NCBI RefSeq assembly: GCF_001945605.1
Contig: NZ_MPKA01000063.1
Location: forward strand, 1 to 17,414
Direction: 5' to 3'
DNA length: 17,414 nt
Origin: Dubosiella newyorkensis
GTDB lineage: Bacteria; Bacillota_I; Bacilli_A; Erysipelotrichales; Erysipelotrichaceae
How positions within the stretch are numbered: position 1 is the stretch's first letter; the number at the start of each line of letters is the position of its first letter. The notes beneath the pieces are model-generated. The model was not told the origin of the DNA. It saw nothing but the letters and a program-made list of their open reading frames with translations, and made no database searches. The position numbers and the translations under genes were made by a program. Below, piece after piece: positions 1 to 7,222 of the stretch.

Positions 1-459
1 ATTCTTTGTCATATTGCTTTGCCATTTTTCATTCCTCCTCATTCTGGAATTCAAATTGTTCTTCTTATGACATTCTACCACTTGAATTTTCAGAGGTTTA
101 AGGGATGCACCATTAATACTAAATCCACTATCTTTCAAATTTTCATTTTCTTGGTTTTCAGTAGTAAACTCTTCAGATTCACCCAAAAATAATTTTTCTT
201 CATCCGATTCTTTTTCTTGAGATTCGTTAAATTGATTTGTATCGGGAACTTCTTCCCCAATATTTTCTTCTTCGTAAAATATAGTATCGGTTATCCCGAC
301 AAATTCAGAATTTTCTGTTTGCTGAATCACATCTTGTTCTATTAGCTTTTGATCCACTTCTTCAGCAAGAATCGCCATACCCGGTAATGTTACGGCTGTT
401 GCCAATGCAACTGCAGCCAAATGTTGGGGTTTCACACTTTTGTTATCATTCGTTTTCAT
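1..459 (-). CDS. Secreted acidic protein, partial (C-terminus beyond the left window edge)
   Basis: ATG at 459 follows AAAGGAAAGG. I checked the frame by hand and it stays open to position 1. It is missing from the ORF track, presumably because no stop lies inside the window. The N-terminus MKTNDNKSVKPQHLAAVALATAVTLPGMAILA|EE looks like a Sec signal peptide, followed by a Glu/Asp/Asn-rich region. Confidence 0.6.
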   Translation of the reverse strand, partial: MKTNDNKSVKPQHLAAVALATAVTLPGMAILAEEVDQKLIEQDVIQQTENSEFVGITDTIFYEEENIGEEVPDTNQFNESQEKESDEEKLFLGESEEFTTENQENENLKDSGFSINGASLKPLKIQVVECHKKNNLNSRMRRNEKWQSNMTKN

Positions 460-485
460 ACTCAATCCTTTCCTTTTTTCTTAAA

Positions 486-523
486 ACGAAAAAAGCGGAG
501 AAAGGGTATTTCCCTCCTCCGCT
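486..523 (-). terminator. Rho-independent terminator downstream of the 906-aa surface protein gene
   Basis: On the minus strand the stem AGCGGAG (517-523) pairs with CTCCGCT (494-500), with an inner GGG/CCC pairing. A T-run follows (complement of the A-run at 487-493). Confidence 0.6.
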
Positions 524-552
524 TCCTGTACTTTCATCAAATTGTATTCTTT

Positions 553-3273
553 CTAAAACTTCCGCTTCTTTCTTGCAAGGAATCCTAGTCCTAGTAGGCT
601 TAAGAAGCCCGTAAACAAAGAACTTGTCTTATGTACTGCGATACCCGTATTCGGTGAATGTTTCGTATTGGATCCTTCTTTTGCCATACGCAAGATCTCC
701 ACTTTGACCGGAATCACTTTGGTTTCATTTCCTTCATTGACTGTTGGCTTAACAACCGGTTTATTCGCTTCATCCGCAGGTGTCATCGGTTTGTTTTGAT
801 CTGCCGGTTTTTCATTCGGTTTATTGTTGTCAGTTGGTTTTTCCACTGCCTGGGTAATTTCACTTGCGATGATGAACCAAGAGAACAAAGTCGTTTCAAA
901 CTCGTAGTATTTGCCGTCAACGATCTTGAATTGAAGTTCTGTTGCTTTAGAATCTTGATTTTCTTTATGGAAGATGCGAACATTCTTTCCAGCGAACTGT
1001 TCTGGGATCGGTAAACGTACCGTAAATTTACCGGTCCGGTCGATTTCTTTTCCTTCTTCGTTCTCGAAGTGGATGTCATAACCAATCGTTTGATATTTTG
1101 ATGTCAATCCAAAATTATTATCTGCTTCTACTTTGTCAATTACGATCTGCAGTCCTGTTAGATCTTCTTTAGACTCAGCTTTTACTTGATATCCGCCCTT
1201 AGAAAAAGTTGCCTCCGTTTTGATTAGATTCTCCGGTTCCGCTTCTTTTACAAGCACGAAAGTAGTTAGGCTTGCTGGTGTAAAGACCACCATTTCATCC
1301 ATTAGGATCGAGAGTAGTTCTTTGTTTCCTGATCGATCAACTTGATAAACTTTCAATTCCTTTCCGCTCCATCCTGTCGGAATTGGCATCTGGACTTCGA
1401 ACGTTCCAGTCCGCTCTACTTTTTCACCTTGCCGGTTGACAAAAGAAAGAGTGTACCCGATTGTTTCATTGGCTGAATCAAAACCGAAATTATGATTGGA
1501 AGTACTATTTTCCGCTTTAAATTCTAAACCATACAAGTCTTCATTTGATTTAGCCGATAACCGAACACCATTATTCGAATATTGGTTTTCAGACAATGTA
1601 TCTTTTTCTACGTAAATCACAAGCTCAGGTTGATACATATGATCCCAATATAATGATGATTTATACGCAAAATGTTTATATAAACCTCCTGTTTGTGAAA
1701 TCGCAAATTTATACTTCCCGTTTTTCAGCTCTTCATATTTTTTCAAATATCCATCACGATCAAATCCTACCGAACGTCCTCCGCGTACCACGACTCCAAA
1801 TTCATTTATATTCACATCATCCGACAAAGAAGCATTTTTTGAATCATATTCGAATTCAGTAACTTTGTTTTGATCTGAAATATCGTAAATATGAACTTTC
1901 AATGCATTTGTCAATGAATCCATTTCCTTTAGAAATTCATCAATATCCAGCGTTTTATAATCAATTTTTAGATTACTATCTACGGCATTCGTCATTTTCC
2001 AAGTTCCGTTTGTTGTAAAATATAGGGAAATCACTTTCGAATCTCCAAATGCATATCGAATCGTAGGTTCTGTTCCTTCTTCTAGATGCGTAGCTGCAAT
2101 ATGATAGACATTTTTTGAAAGACCAAGTCTCTTGGCCAACGCCTGCGTGTTGATCCTGATTGTCACAGAATTCGGAACGCCTGCTGCCGCCCTTTCAGGC
2201 ACTGTTACTATAGTAGTAGGTTTTACAACCACGAAATCATCCCGTGTTAGTTCAACTTGTTGAATTTTTTTGCCATCCAAGGTGATATCCAGAGATTGTA
2301 ACGCATCATAAAAGTTCTGAATGATTTTCTCGTCTTCTAAATCTTCTTCTGTTGCTTGGCCAAGATCCGGAAAATAATCCTTTACAGATAATGAATGAAT
2401 AACGGTTGAATATGTTAAATAAGTGGAGTCGCCTTTCGTTTCACAGTTAACATTTAATTTCCATTTTTTATTCAAATGATTATAGTCTAACAACAAATCA
2501 AGAAACTGATTCCTCTCGCTATTCAATTCTTGTTCTATTTCTTTTTCAATTGTTGTTATAATGTCATTCATATCGTAGCGAAGATACGATCGAAATTCCT
2601 CTCCGTTAAAAAACTGCATTTTAGATAATTGATCCCTATCAAATTTTGCAAGATCGATCGCAAAATTCTTTTCATATACATTTTGATTTGCTTTCGAATC
2701 ATAGATAGAAACTTTTATACCATCTAGAGATTCCATCCAGTTATTTAATGTTCCTGTTTCACTACTTCCATAATTCTTTTGAATTAAAATTTCTTCATCC
2801 GGCGTTACGGGATCAGGAATATACATTTCCTCTGCTGGAATCGTGATCATTTCATCTTCCGCATCCAATCTTGCATTATTATTTTTAGCTTTCGTTTCTT
2901 CAATGCTGTATTCTGAATCATTTGTATCCAAAGTCTCTGTATTCCCTAAATTCTCTTGTGGAGGGGTGATTTCGGGAGTTTTTGCTTCCGATACTCCTAT
3001 AATATCCAAGTTATTATTTTCACTTCCATCATCATTCGATTCATCCCGACTAGATCCAGTATCACCTTCGCTTGAATCAGATGTGCCCGTTTCAGTTCCA
3101 GAACTATCCGCCAATTCAGTATTTAAACCGTCTTCTTGTTCATTTCCTGGATCCACGACTTCGACCCATTCTTCATCAGGATTACCCTCGTTTTCAGCAG
3201 CTAATACATTGGCCGTCACTGGAGCTAAAAGCATCGTCGCAGCTACTGCACCATAAAGATGTGTTTTTTTCAT
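553..3273 (-). CDS. Cell-wall-anchored surface protein with an SPNTG (LPXTG-like) sorting signal, 906 aa
   Basis: This is the ORF 553..3342 trimmed to the ATG at 3273, which has a GGGAG ribosome-binding site. Signal peptide: MKKTHLYGAVAATMLLAPVTANVLA|AE. An acidic Ser/Asp/Glu-rich spacer follows, then two tandem modules of about 110 aa (...FGFDSANETIGYTLSFVNRQGEKVERTGTFEVQMPIP... and ...FGLTSKYQTIGYDIHFENEEGKEIDRTGKFTVRLPIP...). Next comes a Pro/Lys/Asn-rich wall-spanning region. The C-terminus is SPNTG, a hydrophobic stretch, then ARKKRKF. Confidence 0.85.
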   Translation of the reverse strand: MKKTHLYGAVAATMLLAPVTANVLAAENEGNPDEEWVEVVDPGNEQEDGLNTELADSSGTETGTSDSSEGDTGSSRDESNDDGSENNNLDIIGVSEAKTPEITPPQENLGNTETLDTNDSEYSIEETKAKNNNARLDAEDEMITIPAEEMYIPDPVTPDEEILIQKNYGSSETGTLNNWMESLDGIKVSIYDSKANQNVYEKNFAIDLAKFDRDQLSKMQFFNGEEFRSYLRYDMNDIITTIEKEIEQELNSERNQFLDLLLDYNHLNKKWKLNVNCETKGDSTYLTYSTVIHSLSVKDYFPDLGQATEEDLEDEKIIQNFYDALQSLDITLDGKKIQQVELTRDDFVVVKPTTIVTVPERAAAGVPNSVTIRINTQALAKRLGLSKNVYHIAATHLEEGTEPTIRYAFGDSKVISLYFTTNGTWKMTNAVDSNLKIDYKTLDIDEFLKEMDSLTNALKVHIYDISDQNKVTEFEYDSKNASLSDDVNINEFGVVVRGGRSVGFDRDGYLKKYEELKNGKYKFAISQTGGLYKHFAYKSSLYWDHMYQPELVIYVEKDTLSENQYSNNGVRLSAKSNEDLYGLEFKAENSTSNHNFGFDSANETIGYTLSFVNRQGEKVERTGTFEVQMPIPTGWSGKELKVYQVDRSGNKELLSILMDEMVVFTPASLTTFVLVKEAEPENLIKTEATFSKGGYQVKAESKEDLTGLQIVIDKVEADNNFGLTSKYQTIGYDIHFENEEGKEIDRTGKFTVRLPIPEQFAGKNVRIFHKENQDSKATELQFKIVDGKYYEFETTLFSWFIIASEITQAVEKPTDNNKPNEKPADQNKPMTPADEANKPVVKPTVNEGNETKVIPVKVEILRMAKEGSNTKHSPNTGIAVHKTSSLFTGFLSLLGLGFLARKKRKF

Positions 3274-3395
3274 AAAAATTCTCCCTTCTAATTCATTTTT
3301 ATCTTGTTTTCTTCTTCTCACGTACCTTAACAACCCAAACAAATTCTGTGTGAATCGATTCTCATTACTAGAAACTTTGCTGTAACATGCTTAGC

Positions 3396-3926
3396 TCATT
3401 TCACTTTTTGAAGAACGAAGATCATTCCGTTTGAACCCAGTTCTTGAAGTTCTAAAATATCTCCATTAATATTCGCCTTATAGATAAACTCATTCTTATC
3501 AACTGCAGTAGAAGTTAGGTCTTTTTCTCCAACAACAAATGATTGTAGATTTAATACGATTTCCCCATTATTGATCGTATAAGTTCCGCTTCGAACATTA
3601 TCACTAGGCAACTCGGATTCAATAGTCGTATAATCTTCATAGGTCCCGTCTCCATTAAAGGTGAAAGTTCTTGGACTCCCATTTCGAATATTGACAACTT
3701 CCCATGCTCCTTCAATTTGTTCTGTCTCTGTAACAGCTATTGGTCCTTTTTCTTCTGAAGGTTCCTCTGAATGTTCATTATTCTCAGATTTTGAATCCTC
3801 TTTTTCTTCTTGTTTTTTTTCTTCTTTTTGTACAGGCTCGCTTTCTTTTGGAGAAGTTGAAGCACATCCTGCTAAGACGCAACAATTCATCACTAAGAAT
3901 GCGGCTATAAGTCTATTCGTTTTCAT
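3396..3926 (-). CDS. Lipoprotein of unknown function, 176 aa
   Basis: Lipobox in MKTNRLIAAFLVMNCCVLAG|C. A Glu/Lys-rich linker is followed by a small beta-rich domain (GTYTINNGEIVLNL...). AAAGGAAG lies upstream of the ATG at 3926. Confidence 0.8.
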   Translation of the reverse strand: MKTNRLIAAFLVMNCCVLAGCASTSPKESEPVQKEEKKQEEKEDSKSENNEHSEEPSEEKGPIAVTETEQIEGAWEVVNIRNGSPRTFTFNGDGTYEDYTTIESELPSDNVRSGTYTINNGEIVLNLQSFVVGEKDLTSTAVDKNEFIYKANINGDILELQELGSNGMIFVLQKVK

Positions 3927-3966
3927 AATCTTCCTTTCTGTTTTTAAGACTCATAATTTTACTTCA

Positions 3967-3987
3967 ATTATAATGAAAACGTTTTCA
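3967..3987 (-). promoter_or_regulatory. Candidate promoter -10 box (TATAAT) with an abutting perfect cre (CcpA) palindrome, upstream of the lipoprotein gene
   Basis: TGAAAACGTTTTCA at 3974-3987 matches the cre consensus TGWAANCGNTNWCA at every position and is a perfect palindrome. The minus-strand TATAAT (3972..3967) lies 1 nt downstream of it. Confidence 0.55.
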
Positions 3988-4043
3988 AAAATATCCGTGA
4001 TGTCCCCAAATGCAACGATCATGACTCCAAAAGAACAACAGAA

Positions 4044-4069
4044 ACAAAAAAAGAGCGATATCGCTCTTT
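4044..4069 (-). terminator. Rho-independent terminator after the TetR pseudogene
   Basis: Perfect 16-bp palindrome AGAGCGAT/ATCGCTCT (4052-4067). On the minus strand it is followed by a T-run (complement of the A-run at 4045-4051). Confidence 0.6.
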
Positions 4070-4070
4070 G

Positions 4071-4549
4071 TTAAAGCTTCGCTCTTTGGCGGTCCATTAT
4101 CGCCTTGATCTGCTCTGGCGTTTCCTTCATTCCTCTTTTGTACCAAGTATCGCACCAGCCAAAGAAAAGATAAGCCACCGTCGATTTCGAATATGCGACG
4201 ATCGCTTCCTCTTCTTCTCGATCGCATTCAAAAAAAGCAAGGATCGCCTCCAAAATCAAATACTCAAATGATTTTGATACAAACAGTCGATGAGTTCCTG
4301 ATTCGATTGATAAAAATCAAACAGATCCGCGATGTGATACTCTTTCAAAAAGCTTTTTCGAATGCGAGTTTTAAGATCCTTTAAAATGATCTCTTCTTTG
4401 GAATCGAACAAACGATAGATCGTGATATGCGAAAGACCCGCCTTATCCGTGATCTCCTTATTCGTGATGGAAGCAAACGGCTTCGTTTTTAAAAGTTCAT
4501 ACAATGCCTGCGTGATCCACTCTCTTGAAAGTTCGCTTTGAGTCGTCAT
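4071..4549 (-). pseudogene. TetR/AcrR-family regulator split by a frameshift
   Basis: The N-terminal ORF (ATG 4549 after GGAGGG) carries a TetR helix-turn-helix region (ITNKEITDKAGLSHITIYRLF) and stops at 4256-4258. A second frame continues from 4259 to 4071 with a TetR-like C-terminus (...YLFFGWCDTWYKRGMKETPEQIKAIM). Together they make about 160 aa, a typical single TetR protein length. Confidence 0.7.
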
Positions 4550-4737
4550 GTCAAATATTCCCTCCTTTTCTAACAATCACTTCTTTGTCACATAGTAATG
4601 AGAAAAAAGTGTTATAAAACTAACATTTGCTATATAAGACAAACTTAAAAACGTCAATAAGGAAATTAAAAAACAATCACGATCGAGACTATATAGAAAC
4701 GATCAAAACCACATGACCACCACAAATGCCGATCCAA

Positions 4738-4762
4738 TAAAAAAACCAGACTTTCATCTGGT
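4738..4762 (-). terminator. Rho-independent terminator after the 150-aa gene
   Basis: Minus-strand hairpin ACCAGA-TGAAAG-TCTGGT (4745-4762) followed by TTTTTTT. Confidence 0.6.
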
Positions 4763-4770
4763 CAATATTC

Positions 4771-5223
4771 TCATTGAGAATTCTCTAAAAGAGAATCATA
4801 TACATTTTGCGGGAGCTGCGCCTTCAACGCTTCCAAACTAGGAAGCGAAGCTTCACGCTCTCCTTTTTTTACGAGCGGAATCCCTTCGTCATATAAATGA
4901 CGGACATATTGGATTGCTTGATAAGGATCGGAAAACTCAAGAATGAATCGCCCCATCCTCACCAATGAAGGTGCAAAAAGATATTCGCCATTATGCTCTT
5001 TCTCATACTTCAAATTCAATTGATAATCAAAAGGAGCGATTTTTTGATCCGATAGTCTAAGATCGGCGTAGTCTGGAGCCTTGACCCCATACTTTTCTTT
5101 GAACACCTTTTCTAAATGTTGCCGGCGAACATTTTCATTGTGTTTTTTCCAAAATAACGCTCCAATGCCGATCGCGCAAACCACGATCACACAAGCAAGC
5201 ACAATCAAAACCATATTTTTCAT
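4771..5223 (-). CDS. Hypothetical protein with an N-terminal membrane anchor, 150 aa
   Basis: Intact ORF with an AAGAGG ribosome-binding site 8 nt before the ATG. N-terminal transmembrane helix VLIVLACVIVVCAIGIGALFW. I recognise no family motif. Confidence 0.6.
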   Translation of the reverse strand: MKNMVLIVLACVIVVCAIGIGALFWKKHNENVRRQHLEKVFKEKYGVKAPDYADLRLSDQKIAPFDYQLNLKYEKEHNGEYLFAPSLVRMGRFILEFSDPYQAIQYVRHLYDEGIPLVKKGEREASLPSLEALKAQLPQNVYDSLLENSQ

Positions 5224-5522
5224 AATTAAAACCTCTTATCCCTAAATAAATAAGTGTTATTATTTTATCTATACCCGAATGAACAATCAACTCATTCACT
5301 ACATTGTAAGATCGATGTGACATATTGAACAAAAAGCGAGTCCCCACAACCCGCCTTTCTAACGCAAGCAAATCAATGCATCAAAACGATTGATAGTTCC
5401 CATTGTTTATTATCAGCTTGTCATTCCTTATTATAGGAAATTTCATCGCATTTACATCCCTCGCGTCCTCAAAAGAAGCTGGGCTGTCCCCAAACGCAAA
5501 AAAACGAAGGCAGAAAGCGCAC

Positions 5523-6030
5523 TCAACGCTCTTTTTCTTCGCTTTCTTCATTCATGATCGAAAATGATAAATCGCTCTTCACGATCTTTCCGATACGAGC
5601 ATCGATCCGATATTCAGCGATTACTTGCACGACTTCTAATCCTGCATTTTGAGCTGCTATAACACCTGTCGACGAATCCTCAAGCGCAAGCGTATCTTTT
5701 TCAGAAGCGTTCGCAAGCTCGATCGCTTTTTCGTAAACATCGGGAAAAGGCTTAACATTCTCTACATCGTCCGCTGTGATAATCCCCTCAAAAAAGTTAA
5801 GGATCCTCATCTTTTCTAAGATCGCCATTCTCTAACGAATCGTATATAAACGCTTCCCGCTCAGCGTCCAGCTTCTCATATAAAGCAGGATCTTGAAACG
5901 CATCTAAAATCGATCGTTTACAATCGAGCGCGCGCTTCCTACCAAGCAAATACACATCCTCGCTATTGACGAGCAACCCATCCATATCAAAGATAAATGG
6001 ATCAAAAGCAGACAGCCAGTTTTTATCCAT
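5523..6030 (-). pseudogene. HAD-superfamily hydrolase (beta-phosphoglucomutase-like subfamily), frameshifted and internally deleted
   Basis: The first fragment has motif I (FIFDMDGLLVNSE). The second fragment, in another frame, has motifs III and IV (VKPFPDVYEKA, LEDSSTGVIAAQNAGL). The Ser/Thr motif II region is missing. The two ORFs overlap at 5797-5828. Confidence 0.7.
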
Positions 6031-6385
6031 TATCCACAATACGAACGAACGATCTCTACGAGCTTTTTCGCTTCGGCTTCGATCGCCTCAAAATCGCCTA
6101 TTTTCGCGCCCTTCGTTAAAGACCCGCCAAGACCGACCGCGATCACTCCTTGATCGAGCAATCTTTCAAATTTTCAGCACTAACACCACCCGGAAAACAA
6201 GGATCTTGATACAAATTACAAAGCTTCATGGTTTCTTTGTCGAAGTGAGGACAGACAACAAAATCCGCACTCGCGATCAATGTGACTCCTAAATATAAGG
6301 CGATGAAGATCAGTGGAACATTTAAGAAGAACGATACGATCGTTGGATATGTGATGATCGAACGACAAATCGCTCTCTCATCCAT
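6030..6385 (-). pseudogene. KDPG/KHG-aldolase-like (Eda) remnant
   Basis: One frame gives ...ADFVVCPHFDKETMKLCNLYQDPCFPGGVSAENLK. A second frame gives LLDQGVIAVGLGGSLTKGAKIGDFEAIEAEAKKLVEIV. Both resemble the C-terminal half of KDPG aldolases, but with an internal deletion and a frameshift. The stop codon overlaps the HAD ATG as TAATG at 6028-6032. Confidence 0.45.
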
Positions 6386-6390
6386 TTTTT

Positions 6391-6460
6391 CGTTTTAAAA
6401 TTCAAATATGAAAATATTTTTTACTCATTTAGCTATATGGTTTTAAAATATGAAAATATT
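6391..6460. promoter_or_regulatory. Two copies of a 15-bp motif in the eda/rpiR divergent intergenic region (candidate operators)
   Basis: AAATATGAAAATATT occurs at 6404-6418 and at 6446-6460, 42 bp apart. Each copy is preceded by TTTTAAAA, and each contains the inverted repeat AATAT-N4-ATATT. Confidence 0.35.
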
Positions 6461-6491
6461 ATTCATTCAATAAAAAAGAGGAAGTGAAAGT

Positions 6492-7170
6492 ATGAATAAA
6501 GAATTATACGGCCGGCTTGATTCCTTTTATTCGGAAATGTCGCCTACAGAACGCAAGATCGCGGACTATTTAAAAAAAGCGTATTCGAACGCTTGTTATT
6601 TGAGCATTCAAGAGCTCGCCAAAGAAATCGATGTTTCCCCTTCCGCGATTTCTAGATTTACTAAACGGGTCGGTTTCAACAATTATCAAGAGCTTCGTTT
6701 GATGCTCGTCGATTCTCAAGAACCTTCAGAGGAAGTATTCTTTCCTGAAATCGATGAGCATGATTCGATCATGAATATCGCGCAAGCTTCCTTTCAAAAT
6801 GGCATCAGCTCTTTGTCTTCGACCTTGGCGATCTTGAATGAAAGATCATGGGAGAAGCTGCTTGTCAACGTTTTTTGCGCACTTCGCTCGATACTCGTTT
6901 TTTCAGCGATTATCACATGCAGCTGATGATGGCTGGAACTCTATCTCCGGAAGATTGCGCTTTGATCATTTCGCATACGGGACGAAATAAAGACATCTTG
7001 CGGATCGCGGATCTGCTGCGGGAAAACAAGTTCCTATGATCGTGATCACGAACAGCATTTCCCACCTTATGCTCATCGATACGCTATTTACGCTCTACGC
7101 GATCAAGGTCGACTCTGATCCAGAGTATTTTAAACGGATCCGTAAGATCGTCAATTCGACTCGTCAATAA
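6492..7170 (+). pseudogene. MurR/RpiR-family regulator with multiple frameshifts and deletions
   Basis: The N-terminal HTH_6 region is intact (SPTERKIADYLKK...LSIQELAKEIDVSPSAISRFTKRVGF). The SIS domain is spread over three frames: FSDYHMQLMMAGTLSPEDCALIISHTGRNKD in ORF 6848-7039, then VPMIVITNS..LMLIDTLFTLYAIK up to the stop at 7168-7170. The G-x-G-x-S nucleotide-loop region is absent. The total span is about 160 nt shorter than a typical RpiR gene. Confidence 0.75.
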
Positions 7171-7205
7171 AAAAAGCCTCTCCAAAACGGCAATTTTGGA
7201 GAGGC
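7169..7205 (-). terminator. Rho-independent terminator of the lacGFE operon
   Basis: 12-bp stem GCCTCTCCAAAA (7176-7187) pairing with TTTTGGAGAGGC (7194-7205). A T-run follows on the minus strand only. Confidence 0.7.
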
Positions 7206-7222
7206 AATCCATACTCTTTGAT

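Noticed and set aside
1-25. A consensus GAGGAGG ribosome-binding site 8 nt upstream of an ATG at 25 (minus strand, reading MAKQYDKE...), in a different frame from the long ORF 1-459.
   Set aside because: Only 8 codons are visible before the window edge, and the site lies inside the still-open upstream ORF. It could be a real overlapping downstream gene start, but this window cannot support the call.
387-614. A plus-strand 75-aa ORF.
   Set aside because: It spans the start of one minus-strand gene, a terminator hairpin and the end of another gene. It has no ribosome-binding site and is most likely a chance ORF in AT-rich sequence.
658-3275. Plus-strand ORFs antisense to the surface-protein gene (658-1014, 1596-1862, 2843-3256, 3072-3275).
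   Set aside because: These are shadow ORFs opposite a long, well-supported CDS. They have low-complexity translations and no ribosome-binding sites.
3274-3342. A 23-codon N-terminal extension of the 929-aa ORF (MFGLLRYVRRRKQDKNELEGRIF).
   Set aside because: It has no ribosome-binding site. The signal peptide and a GGGAG ribosome-binding site begin at the internal ATG at 3273. The extension reads through the likely promoter and leader.
6404-6460. Possible CRISPR or tandem-repeat structure formed by the repeated 15-mer.
   Set aside because: There are only two copies. They are AT-rich, sit in a promoter region, and no cas genes are present. An operator-type repeat explains them better.
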